This document shows, in pieces, positions 48,975 to 57,524 of a stretch of 64,000 nucleotides of DNA; the first letter of the stretch is position 1; the number at the start of each line of letters is the position of its first letter. The position numbers and the translations under genes are program-made. Below the pieces are notes generated by a model that was not told the DNA's origin, did no database searches, and worked only from the letters and a program-made list of their open reading frames with translations. The DNA lies in IMG/VR virus record IMGVR_UViG_3300042453_004632. One strand, written 5' to 3'. This DNA is from an uncultured virus (IMG/VR IMGVR_UViG_3300042453_004632). Its lineage: Duplodnaviria; Heunggongvirae; Uroviricota; Caudoviricetes.

Positions 48975-49181
48975 ATGAAATTCAAAAAAGAAATCGTCGT
49001 GGTCGTTGAAGGCGAGATTTTTGACGATCAGATTTCAATCAATGACCTTATGAAAAGCCTCAAGTGGTCGTATAGGCACTGGTGGGAAGATAACCCTAAC
49101 TGGCCCTACGGCAGGCCTTCAGAGCCACTTCAGTCCGGAAGGATTAACAAGATTACATTTGAAGGCGTTGAACTAAAATAA
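48975..49181 (+). CDS. Hypothetical protein
   Basis: ORF within a co-directional run. Confidence 0.55.
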   Translation: MKFKKEIVVVVEGEIFDDQISINDLMKSLKWSYRHWWEDNPNWPYGRPSEPLQSGRINKITFEGVELK

Positions 49182-49187
49182 TGATAT

Positions 49188-49260
49188 GCGAGTGTAGCTC
49201 AATTGGTAGAGCGTCAGGTTTCCATCTTGAATGTTGAGGGTCCGAGTCCCTTCACTCGCT
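49188..49260 (+). tRNA. tRNA-Gly(TCC), CCA not encoded
   Basis: Acceptor GCGAGTG/CACTCGC, U73; anticodon arm TCAGG-TTTCCAT-CTTGA; T-loop TCCGAGT. Confidence 0.9.
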
Positions 49261-49327
49261 TTAGTTTAGACCAATATCCTTTTTCTCTTTTGGGAATATG
49301 AATTCCTAGAGACCTAATTCATGATGT

Positions 49328-49400
49328 TGCCCGGTAGCTTAATTGATAGAGCAAGGGATTTTGGTTCCCTAGGTTGCAGGTTTGACTCCTGCCCGGGCAT
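49328..49400 (+). tRNA. tRNA-Gln(TTG), CCA not encoded
   Basis: Acceptor TGCCCGG/CCGGGCA; anticodon arm AGGGA-TTTTGGT-TCCCT; atypical D- and T-loops. Confidence 0.82.
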
Positions 49401-49402
49401 CG

Positions 49403-49492
49403 GGAGTCTTGGCAGAGTGGTCTAATGCGCGTCTTTGCTAAAGACGTGTCCGGACAAAATCTGGACCGAAGGTTCGAATCCTTCAGACTCCG
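49403..49492 (+). tRNA. tRNA-Ser(GCT), long variable arm
   Basis: Acceptor GGAGTCT/AGACTCC, G73; CGTCT-TTGCTAA-AGACG; GGTTCGAATCC. Confidence 0.92.
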
Positions 49493-49806
49493 TTTACATT
49501 AGAAAGATATTGCGTAAAAGAACTGTCTCTGATATACTGTGGTTACGGAGGCTGACGTGCGCTACGGGTTTTTGTTGATTTTGTTTCCTGTTTTGATTTT
49601 GAACTTGCAGTTGGTCTATATTTTCAGGTCAATTGAGCATGCTTATGATTCAATGAGTTACGAAACCCCTTTGAAGGTGGATTTGAATCTGTTTCTTTTC
49701 CATCAAAAAAACTGCCCTGTTTACGGAGCAGTTTGGGAAAACATGAACAACAATCCATGCGAGGAGTAATTCAGGCTCATGGCGAGAACAATAGAAAGGC
49801 GGGCTT

Positions 49807-50010
49807 TTGATGGACAGATTTGATTTGGAAGAGGCGATCATGGCCTGTTGGTCCACGGCCGAGGACATCAGTCTCTTGGTCGAGAAATCAACCGAACTTT
49901 CGGATGACGAACTTTTGAACGGCCTAGTCGGTCTCAAGAGTCTCCATAACCTCAGGTGCGAGAAGGCTTTCAATATACTTGAGGAATTGATCGCCTACGG
50001 GGCGATTTGA
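49807..50010 (+). CDS. Conserved phage hypothetical protein
   Basis: DRFDLEEAIM.CW...DI; DELLNGL.G. Confidence 0.7.
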   Translation: MMDRFDLEEAIMACWSTAEDISLLVEKSTELSDDELLNGLVGLKSLHNLRCEKAFNILEELIAYGAI

Positions 50011-50011
50011 A

Positions 50012-50039
50012 TTTACTTCCTGTTTTTTCCGACTATAAT
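50012..50039 (+). promoter_or_regulatory. Promoter for the tmRNA, TTTACT-16-TATAAT
   Basis: Lies 10 nt upstream of the tmRNA 5' end. Confidence 0.7.
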
Positions 50040-50049
50040 GAACATACAA

Positions 50050-50404
50050 GGGCTCGTACTGGTTTCGACGTAGTGAGGAGGATCAAGACTGCACGCCGAG
50101 GTTGGTCAGCTGGCCTCGTTAAAAGCAGACCAGAGCCTTAACCGGCACTGTTTCTTACGCAATGGCTGCCTGATAAAAAGGGCAACCACGGACCTAGGGG
50201 GCGAGCGGGAAGCGCCCGAAGGTCCGTCGCCAAATCCCGCTGGTCGCTCTGTGTTCCGACCTACGGAGCGATGAGAAAATAGGTTGGAAAGTCCTTGGGA
50301 ACCCTGTCCGTTGGGGTCTCAAGGTCTGACAAAAAACGGAACAAGCGTGTAGAGGTCTTTTTTCGAATCATCCACGGACAGGGGTTCGACTCCCCTCGAG
50401 TCCA
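50050..50404 (+). ncRNA. ssrA: tmRNA; predicted tag (A)GTVSYAMAA
   Basis: 5' GGGCTCG..GGTTTCGAC; 3' GGGGTTCGACTCCCC-CGAGTCC-A; G3-U wobble in acceptor stem; tag ORF 50144..50173 after TTAACC. Confidence 0.93.
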
Positions 50405-50439
50405 CTTTGATTGATACTAGATTGAATCAGGAGGAATAT

Positions 50440-50676
50440 ATGACAGTTCAGGAGCAGGTATTTCAAAAGATATCAGAGACGTTGGGAGTTGATGCTTCAA
50501 CTCTCACGCCAGAAACCACATTTTCCCAGATCGGGGCCGACAGCCTTGATATGGTTGAATTTTCCATGGATCTTGAAGATATGTTCAAGATCACCCTCGC
50601 CCAAGAGGACATCGCCGCGATCAAGAACATCGGTCAGGCCGTTGAATTCATTGAAAAGAACAAGAAGGATTCTTGA
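50440..50676 (+). CDS. acpP: Acyl carrier protein
   Basis: GADSLDMVE phosphopantetheine-attachment motif; AGGAGG RBS. Confidence 0.93.
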   Translation: MTVQEQVFQKISETLGVDASTLTPETTFSQIGADSLDMVEFSMDLEDMFKITLAQEDIAAIKNIGQAVEFIEKNKKDS

Positions 50677-50749
50677 CAATTCGGCTGTTCTTTGTTAGAA
50701 GTTTCATGTACAGTCCGATTCAATTCACTCCATTCACGAAGGGCCATTC

Positions 50750-51121
50750 ATGGACAAGAATCTTGAAGAATCGCTCAAGCAGAAATATCCCGAGATGCTG
50801 GCCAATGCGGGCAAAATCTGGTGCGACGACGGATGGCATCCAATTATAAGTTCCGCTTTGGCCTGCATTGAAATTCATTTGAAGAGAAATCCCAAGCCAT
50901 TTCAATTCACTCAGATCAAAGAGAAGTTCTCGGGCCTGAGGATGTACAATGAAGGGGCGGATGAATACATTCAGGGCGTAATCTCTATGGCCGAAACCAT
51001 GAGTTACAAGACTTGCGAGGTGACGGGCGAACCGGGCGTCCGCTGTGTGAAAGGCGGATACATAAGGACTCTTTCTCCCGCAAAGGCCGAGGAGCTCGGT
51101 TTTTCAGTGTTTACAAAATGA
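50750..51121 (+). CDS. Conserved phage hypothetical protein
   Basis: CDDGW, QIKEKFSGLRMY, TCEVTG.PG. Confidence 0.75.
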   Translation: MDKNLEESLKQKYPEMLANAGKIWCDDGWHPIISSALACIEIHLKRNPKPFQFTQIKEKFSGLRMYNEGADEYIQGVISMAETMSYKTCEVTGEPGVRCVKGGYIRTLSPAKAEELGFSVFTK

Positions 51122-51936
51122 GAATCATAGTTCACGAAGGCCGGGCCCACGCCGATGATTTCTTGGCGGCTTGCGTATGTCACTACAAGCTCGGAGCCCC
51201 CGTAATCAGGACGGGCTTCACCGAGATCATGCTCAATGATCCTGAATTCTGGGTCTTGGATCAGGGGCGGAGGTTCGAGCCGGAACTCCATAATTTTGAT
51301 CACCATCAACTGGAGCAGGAGATATGCTCGTTCACGATGGTGTTGGATCATTTTTATGGGAGCCAGTACAGAGAGTATCTCCCCAGTCTTCGTTTCTTGG
51401 AGATATTTGATAGTTACGGTCCTTCCAAGGCGGCTGCGTTCGCAGGCACCACCCAGGAATCGCTTGATATAACAACTTCTCCCATCCACACCTTTCTTCT
51501 CAAGGCCTTTTCCCGGGAAAAGGAACTCGTAGGCGAGGCGATGATTGAGATCATGCGGGCCATGGGCAGAGAAGTGTGCCAGCAGATGGAAGATATGAAA
51601 ATTCTGTTTGACGCACTCACCGACAACTATGCAATTTTTGAACTCTCGGGATTCAAGGTGCTTGACACCACAAGGTGCGTGTTGCCCAAGGGATACAACC
51701 ACGATCAACTTCCCACCAAGATGTGGTGCAAGTCAAAGGGCGTGGACCCGACAGTCATCCTAACGAAGGACACCAGGACCGAAGGGGCGTACAGGATGGT
51801 CAGCATCAACACCGACTCGGTCCGCTTCCTTCCCAATCCCAAGTCGCACTTCACGCACGCGAGCGGCTTTCTTACGTCGTTCATGGAATACGTTGACCAC
51901 GTTGAAATACTAGAGAAGCACACTGCCAAGGGTTGA
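51118..51936 (+). CDS. MYG1-family (DHH-like) hydrolase/exonuclease
   Basis: HEGRAHADD, LDQG, FDHHQ, FTHASGF. Confidence 0.8.
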   Translation: MRIIVHEGRAHADDFLAACVCHYKLGAPVIRTGFTEIMLNDPEFWVLDQGRRFEPELHNFDHHQLEQEICSFTMVLDHFYGSQYREYLPSLRFLEIFDSYGPSKAAAFAGTTQESLDITTSPIHTFLLKAFSREKELVGEAMIEIMRAMGREVCQQMEDMKILFDALTDNYAIFELSGFKVLDTTRCVLPKGYNHDQLPTKMWCKSKGVDPTVILTKDTRTEGAYRMVSINTDSVRFLPNPKSHFTHASGFLTSFMEYVDHVEILEKHTAKG

Positions 51937-51940
51937 ACTA

Positions 51941-52321
51941 ATGGAACGGGACTTTTGGTTGGAACTGATAGAGTTCTATAACAAGAAAAGATGGGTCATC
52001 AACAGAGAATTGCGGCTGAGTAGACCCGGCTCTTCCGGCGATAGCATGCTCTTGGACTTTTGCACCGACATCAATGGGTCTCTGTCCAGGCATAACCTTT
52101 GCAGGCTCGCTCTCATATTTTCAAACGTCACCGGCGAGAGACTTCCGGACAACCTTCATGCAAGGATGGTGCTGGGGGAGGCGAACCAGCCCGTTCGCGA
52201 ATACATTGAATACCTCAAGACCATCAAACCCAAATTCATGGGCTTCAATCCAAATAAAAATAACTTCAAGACGCACACTCTTGGTGTCGCGGGCTATACA
52301 AGAAAAATGGCATTAAAATGA
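51941..52321 (+). CDS. Hypothetical protein, LPxxLHxxM family
   Basis: ERLPDNLHARMVL...EYIEYL. Confidence 0.65.
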   Translation: MERDFWLELIEFYNKKRWVINRELRLSRPGSSGDSMLLDFCTDINGSLSRHNLCRLALIFSNVTGERLPDNLHARMVLGEANQPVREYIEYLKTIKPKFMGFNPNKNNFKTHTLGVAGYTRKMALK

Positions 52322-52584
52322 AGAAAGTCAAATTCAAGCCAGGTACGGTCGTGGTCTTTGATCCGGCCCACCACAATCCCAAATTCTGGGATGGTCTCAA
52401 GGAAGAGGACCGGGTCCGTTACTACGGCGAACTCGGCTACGGTTCTGAGAGGGTCAAGTTGTTCGTCTTTCTTTGCGAGATCAATGAATCTGGTCATTGT
52501 GTACTTGTGGATATGAACAACAACAAGGTTATAACCATGCGTCACACGATTGATTTCCGCAAGGCGACCGAAGAGGAATTCTAG
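52318..52584 (+). CDS. Hypothetical protein
   Basis: ATGA-coupled ORF. Confidence 0.65.
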   Translation: MKKVKFKPGTVVVFDPAHHNPKFWDGLKEEDRVRYYGELGYGSERVKLFVFLCEINESGHCVLVDMNNNKVITMRHTIDFRKATEEEF

Positions 52585-52593
52585 AAGGGTGAA

Positions 52594-53241
52594 ATGATGA
52601 AAAGGACTTCAAAGAGATGGTCGGAATCCGAGATTGAACAAATATCCAAGAATATTCGGCCTGCCGGGAGATCAATCAGGAGTTTTTCTACAAAGAAGGT
52701 GAGGCTCGGACTTCGCGAAAAAAGGAAACATAGACCTAAATGGTCCGAAGAGAATTTGAAAACTCTTAGGTGCCTAGTGGAACAGGGATATTCTGCCAAA
52801 AAGATAAGCGAGATGGGAGTTTGGGATCAAAGCAGAAATTCAATACAGAAAATGATGTGCAGGCTCGGAATAGCCAAGAAAAACAAGGTCTTTAAATTTC
52901 CCATGGAAGTCAAGCAGAAATTCAAGAATTTCCTTCTTAAGAACTGGGAGGGGAAGACGCCGCGTGATCTGATGGAGTTATGGAACAGAGAAAACTCAAG
53001 ATTTCCTTCAAACAAGAGCAAGGTTGTTCATTATCTGACCGTCTTGGGAATCAAGATTTCTTACGGAGAAGTTCAAAAAATAAATGTGCTTCGCAAAAAA
53101 GAAGAACTGATAAGAAAAAGCGGAGCGTCCGTGGAACAGAAAATAAAGATGGAAAGAATAAAAATGATGCAGAAAAGAGTCAAGCAAAATAAGGACATCT
53201 GGACTGGTGTGAAAAATCCAGAGATGCCAGATGAGGAATAA
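52594..53241 (+). CDS. Basic HTH/Myb-like DNA-binding protein
   Basis: KRWSESE and KWSEEN repeats; GYSAKKISE. Confidence 0.6.
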   Translation: MMKRTSKRWSESEIEQISKNIRPAGRSIRSFSTKKVRLGLREKRKHRPKWSEENLKTLRCLVEQGYSAKKISEMGVWDQSRNSIQKMMCRLGIAKKNKVFKFPMEVKQKFKNFLLKNWEGKTPRDLMELWNRENSRFPSNKSKVVHYLTVLGIKISYGEVQKINVLRKKEELIRKSGASVEQKIKMERIKMMQKRVKQNKDIWTGVKNPEMPDEE

Positions 53242-53427
53242 AAAAGCCACCCCCGAAGGGGTGGCCTGTTCAGTCTCGGTCGGATTAGAACCGTCTGAAC
53301 TTCGGGTGTTTGGCTAGTGAAGCCGACTACCGCCCGATGAGTCGCCGTTTCTGCCGGACGCCTCCATGCAGACTTGGAGTGTCTTGTTTATGCGGCAGCA
53401 CAAGCACGGCAAGTTGTTGACTTGACA
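53241..53427 (-). ncRNA. Putative structured ncRNA of unknown class
   Basis: Own promoter TTTACA-16-TATAAT (53460..53433); about 6 consecutive hairpins; terminator GCCACCCC-TTCG-GGGGTGGC-TTTTT; no credible ORF. Confidence 0.6.
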
Positions 53428-53500
53428 GAGGCATTATAACCCGACCAAGGGGTCTGTAAAGTGTTTTCTCAAGGATTTCAATGTGGGGAAAATAGGAAAA

Positions 53501-53806
53501 ATGGAAAACGATCTTCGAAAAACAGTTGAGCCGGATTCCAGTAAGGCATGGGCTCCCGAAATCAATCGTAAGCCCCAGACAAATCCGATAGACAAATGCA
53601 ATCCCGAGGAATTGACAGACCCCATGAGTCTGTACATCTATGCGGCACGGGTCATCGGTCGCAAGTTGCCCGAAAAGGCACACGCCAAGATGGAGGAAAT
53701 CCAGAGGAATGACCCTGAAAATTCATTCACCAAGGCTTATTTCAATTTTTTGTCAAAGGACACCCTGTGGGGTAAAATCAAGGGATTCCTCGGAGCAAAA
53801 AGATGA
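53501..53806 (+). CDS. Hypothetical protein, LPxxLHxxM family
   Basis: RKLPEKAHAKM...KAYFNFL. Confidence 0.65.
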   Translation: MENDLRKTVEPDSSKAWAPEINRKPQTNPIDKCNPEELTDPMSLYIYAARVIGRKLPEKAHAKMEEIQRNDPENSFTKAYFNFLSKDTLWGKIKGFLGAKR

Positions 53807-54066
53807 GTGATGATTATTTTGAGTGCTCGTGCCACAGTCCCGAACACACGTTGAAATTCACCTTTGACGACGATCCCGAGTATCCCGCGATCTATGTGTG
53901 TGTGTTTCTGGCCGAAGGCAAACTCCTCACAAGGATTTGGAACGCAATAAAGTACGTCCTTGGATACAAATGCAGATATGGTCATTTTGACGAATTCATC
54001 CTCCAGAGAGAAGACTGCGACAGACTTGTTTCTGTCGTCAACAAATTTAAAAATTCGGGGACATGA
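53803..54066 (+). CDS. Hypothetical protein
   Basis: CSCHSPEH; RIWNAIKYVLGYKCRYG. Confidence 0.7.
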   Translation: MSDDYFECSCHSPEHTLKFTFDDDPEYPAIYVCVFLAEGKLLTRIWNAIKYVLGYKCRYGHFDEFILQREDCDRLVSVVNKFKNSGT

Positions 54067-54067
54067 A

Positions 54068-54358
54068 ATGAATCCAAAAAGAATGATCCGTCAGGCTCCC
54101 GAAGAGGAACTGAGGGTGTTCTTTGAGGAATTAAAGGATTTTCACCTCAAAGAAAAGCACGAATTCGTCTGGGATTGGGGGCAAATGCTCAAGAACACGA
54201 AAGAGCAAGGCGAAACAAGAGATTTCGTATATTACATAGCCTACAACCTCAGCAAGAACATACTTCACGGACCCCTTCCCTCAAGTTTGCATTCTAGGAT
54301 GGTTTTTGATACAAATGTCTGGAGCAAGAGATATTTTGATTATCTAGAAGGCAAGTGA
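54068..54358 (+). CDS. Hypothetical protein, LPxxLHxxM family
   Basis: GPLPSSLHSRMVF...KRYFDYL. Confidence 0.65.
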   Translation: MNPKRMIRQAPEEELRVFFEELKDFHLKEKHEFVWDWGQMLKNTKEQGETRDFVYYIAYNLSKNILHGPLPSSLHSRMVFDTNVWSKRYFDYLEGK

Positions 54359-54371
54359 ACAAGGAGGCCCC

Positions 54372-54758
54372 ATGGACTACAGGGAATTTCTGAACGAGTT
54401 GGAATCCGCCTGTTCTGCCGCCGGGGTTGATTTTGAATATTTCAACGGCGGATCTGCTTCTCCGATCAACAACTACATTCTCAGGGAAAAGATCAATCTG
54501 CCGAATCCTCCGACGAAGACCTACACATGGAACAGGTCCGAAGTCAATATAAAGAACGAATGGATCAAGACCGAAAATTACAACAATAAGCGTGAAAACT
54601 TCAAGGTCTTCCAATGCTTGGCTGATCTTGTGTATTTCCTTGCTCTAAGTCTCAGCAGGAAGATAGGAAGGCTCCCCGAAGCCCTCCATGCCCGAATGAT
54701 GATGAGCACCGACGACAACGCGAACCGCAAGGAATACGTGCGTAATCATGGGCGTTGA
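54372..54758 (+). CDS. Hypothetical protein, LPxxLHxxM family
   Basis: GRLPEALHARMMM...KEYV; AGGAGG RBS. Confidence 0.7.
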   Translation: MDYREFLNELESACSAAGVDFEYFNGGSASPINNYILREKINLPNPPTKTYTWNRSEVNIKNEWIKTENYNNKRENFKVFQCLADLVYFLALSLSRKIGRLPEALHARMMMSTDDNANRKEYVRNHGR

Positions 54759-55368
54759 CTTGGAGATAGTGGTCGCCCACAGAGGTAGTAGAGACTTTGA
54801 AGAGATCGTAAATCTACTGCCCGAAGCAACGCTGACGGTGTACGACAAGTCGGGGCGATACGAGGGCGGGACCAGGATTGACGATGTCGGCCGCGAGGGA
54901 TACGTCTATCTTGGCCACATGGTCAAAAAATACGAAACGCTCGCTGAAAACACTTTGTTCATACAAGACGATACGAAGAGCCACATACCAAACCAGTATG
55001 AATTTCTGAAGAAGGTACTGACGATTTCCGCGTCTGGAACGCCGTGGTTTCATCAGTTTCCATGCACTTGGCGGGCCGGTAGTCAGATTTACAAGAGAAG
55101 GGTTGAGAAAGGCATTTGTCATTTTGAGACCTTGGGCGAACCGGACAGCATCAAAAGGGCTGCCGAACGACTTGGAATTGACCTGCCCGAGGAGTACACT
55201 ACCGAAACCTGTGCCTTTTTTATCGTGAAAAATAAGGCCATATGGAGGAATTCCTTGGATTTTTACCGTGAGGCACTAAGTTGGGTGCTGGAACGGGACA
55301 CGCACGAATTCGTCCTTGAGCACATGTGGAAAATCATCTTCGAAAAATCAAACCGCCGGATTCCATAA
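54748..55368 (+). CDS. DUF3431-like protein (GT-associated)
   Basis: IVVAH, VYDK, VGREG..YL.H, FIV, LEHMWKIIF. Confidence 0.7.
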   Translation: MGVDLEIVVAHRGSRDFEEIVNLLPEATLTVYDKSGRYEGGTRIDDVGREGYVYLGHMVKKYETLAENTLFIQDDTKSHIPNQYEFLKKVLTISASGTPWFHQFPCTWRAGSQIYKRRVEKGICHFETLGEPDSIKRAAERLGIDLPEEYTTETCAFFIVKNKAIWRNSLDFYREALSWVLERDTHEFVLEHMWKIIFEKSNRRIP

Positions 55369-55385
55369 GTGGCGAGGAACCACAC

Positions 55386-56120
55386 ATGCCGGAATTCAGA
55401 GTTATCTGCGTGGACGGTCACAAGGGAAGGAACAAGCCCGAGGTGCGGCCGTTTCTCGTCTCTTCTCCCGAGGGAATAACGCCCCGGGATCAGACGATGA
55501 TCAAAAATTGGGCAATGAAGCTCCAGTGGTCCGAGGACGGAATCCGCCGCTGGAGCAACACCCAGATGTATTTCACGGAAAAGGACGCCGAGGAGCAGCC
55601 GCTCGTCGGGGCTATGTTCAATGCGTTGGATTGGAGGGGAGTTCCTCCCTTGTGGTTCAAGGAGCCTTCCTGCCCGGAAGAGGCACTTGAGTGCGCGAGA
55701 ACCGTGGGCCAGCCCATTCCCAAATACGAACACATCATTGCTCTGGACCCCGAGGCGTCGTTTTCTTACTCATGCGAGATCGGGCAGACTTTCCCGCTCG
55801 GAGAAAGACTGATGGCCGAAGACGAGAACCTTTCCATAAGGTACGCCGATGTCCACGGAGTCCGTGTGTTGGATGCCGAAGACAGAATATCAAAAGACGA
55901 CCTGCTTGCCGAGAAGTACGGCAAAGTGATGAGTTCCTTCTGTCTTTGGGGCAAGTGGAAAGATGCAGAACTCGTCCGCAGTCCCGTTTGGATTTGTATG
56001 TTCGCGACGAACAAAGGTCGCGTCTCGGAAAATCTGCATTCGGCGATGACCATGTTCAGTTTCAGGGACGCCGGAAGCAAGTGGGTCAAAAAGTATTTCA
56101 AGAAAAAGCTTCATAAATAA
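55386..56120 (+). CDS. Hypothetical protein with a C-terminal LHxxM family domain
   Basis: GRVSENLHSAMTMFSF...WVKKYF. Confidence 0.65.
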   Translation: MPEFRVICVDGHKGRNKPEVRPFLVSSPEGITPRDQTMIKNWAMKLQWSEDGIRRWSNTQMYFTEKDAEEQPLVGAMFNALDWRGVPPLWFKEPSCPEEALECARTVGQPIPKYEHIIALDPEASFSYSCEIGQTFPLGERLMAEDENLSIRYADVHGVRVLDAEDRISKDDLLAEKYGKVMSSFCLWGKWKDAELVRSPVWICMFATNKGRVSENLHSAMTMFSFRDAGSKWVKKYFKKKLHK

Positions 56121-56124
56121 ACCC

Positions 56125-56310
56125 ATGAGAACAATCATCTTTTTCATGCTTTGTCTCGTCGTAGGCTGCGGAGAAAAACCGTGCACGTGCGGCAATCCCA
56201 AATGCGGGATAGAATGCCGCAACAGGTGCGAAGGAACCAGATGCCTGATCGGCGATCCGTGCTGCGAGAAATGCTCATGCGGTTCCAAGCCGCCTTTGAA
56301 GTTGAAGTAG
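56125..56310 (+). CDS. Small Cys-rich putative lipoprotein
   Basis: Lipobox-like VVGC; about 12 Cys after the signal peptide. Confidence 0.6.
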   Translation: MRTIIFFMLCLVVGCGEKPCTCGNPKCGIECRNRCEGTRCLIGDPCCEKCSCGSKPPLKLK

Positions 56311-56347
56311 GACCTCGAAAAAACCAAGGGTCGGAAAGCATACTGGC

Positions 56348-56719
56348 ATGGGATACCTCACGACACTGACGATCTACAACGACGGCATACACATCATCAA
56401 AGACAAGGCTCAAGACTTTGCGGACAGGGTCTATGACGCCGCCGTGACACCGAGTCGTGCGACAGACATTGAACTTGGATCGTTTGGAAACCTCATCAGG
56501 GTCCAGAAGCCCCGCCACGCGGACGACCACACCGTATATGTTCACATGGGCAACGCCGTTTGCGAGATGAACGTATACAGCGACGACACGCTGAAAACCA
56601 TGGCTCAATCTCCCAAGTTCTTCAAAAAAATGCTCGCCGAGATGAAGAAACAAGTCAAAATGCTTTCCAAGCAACTCAAGGAATACGAGGACGACCATGG
56701 GTCTGACGTTGATCGGTGA
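56348..56719 (+). CDS. Hypothetical protein
   Basis: MGYLTT..IYND; HADD. Confidence 0.7.
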   Translation: MGYLTTLTIYNDGIHIIKDKAQDFADRVYDAAVTPSRATDIELGSFGNLIRVQKPRHADDHTVYVHMGNAVCEMNVYSDDTLKTMAQSPKFFKKMLAEMKKQVKMLSKQLKEYEDDHGSDVDR

Positions 56720-57287
56720 CGCACACGGCAAATACGATAGATACGTCAAAATAGCAAGAAAAAGAGACTTCACTATCCAACTCGGAGATTTAGGATTCAG
56801 ATACGCTTGTCTGAATAATCTTGATCCCGAGTGCCACAAGGTTCTCGGAGGAAATCACGACAACTACAGTGCGATAGTTGAATATCCTCATTATCTCGGA
56901 GACTACGGCAACGGATCGCTCGGCGGTGTTGATTTCTTCTTCTATCGCGGTGCGTACAGCATAGACAGGCAGTACAGGACCATCGGGATTGACTGGTGGC
57001 CCGAGGAGCAGTTGAGGATAGAGGACTTCATGAGGGCTAGGGAGTTGTACAGGGAGACGAAGCCGGATGTCGTGTTGACCCACGATTGCCCGGAGACCAT
57101 ATCCCCTATGCTTCTGCCTCCCGGGAGTCAGATGTACCAGAACACCACGGGATGGGCCTTACAAGAATTCTTGAGCATTCACAGCCCGAGATTGTGGATT
57201 TTTGGTCACTATCACCAGAGCACATCCATCCAGTCGGGCGACACCAAATTCGTTTGTCTTGACGAACTTGAGACCCTTGATCTTTGA
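56697..57287 (+). CDS. Calcineurin-like metallophosphoesterase
   Basis: GDAHG, QLGDLG, GNHD, GAYSID, THDCP, FGHYH. Confidence 0.9.
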   Translation: MGLTLIGDAHGKYDRYVKIARKRDFTIQLGDLGFRYACLNNLDPECHKVLGGNHDNYSAIVEYPHYLGDYGNGSLGGVDFFFYRGAYSIDRQYRTIGIDWWPEEQLRIEDFMRARELYRETKPDVVLTHDCPETISPMLLPPGSQMYQNTTGWALQEFLSIHSPRLWIFGHYHQSTSIQSGDTKFVCLDELETLDL

Positions 57288-57293
57288 AAGGAC

Positions 57294-57524
57294 ATGACCT
57301 TGAGCGGACTTGTTGGTGTTACTTTGGAGTTTGAGGAGGGAACCCAAGTCTCCAAGAACGTGGAAAATATTTACATGGCGGCCCCTGACATGTACAAACT
57401 TTTGAAGGACATGGCATTCCTCGCCGATGAGGGGGATTTGGACCTGCCGGCGGGTTTGCTCAGAAGGATCAAGCAGGTTCTTCCCATGAGTGAGCCTGTG
57501 ATAATTCAAGGAGTGTTCAAATGA
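57294..57524 (+). CDS. Hypothetical protein
   Basis: AAPDMYKLL motif. Confidence 0.55.
   Translation: MTLSGLVGVTLEFEEGTQVSKNVENIYMAAPDMYKLLKDMAFLADEGDLDLPAGLLRRIKQVLPMSEPVIIQGVFK

Noticed and set aside
49262..49325. Possible degenerate tRNA between tRNA-Gly and tRNA-Gln
   Set aside because: No convincing acceptor stem or T-loop could be built
53327..53683. 118-aa minus-strand ORF across the putative ncRNA
   Set aside because: It overlaps a better plus-strand gene, spans the promoter and has no RBS or motif
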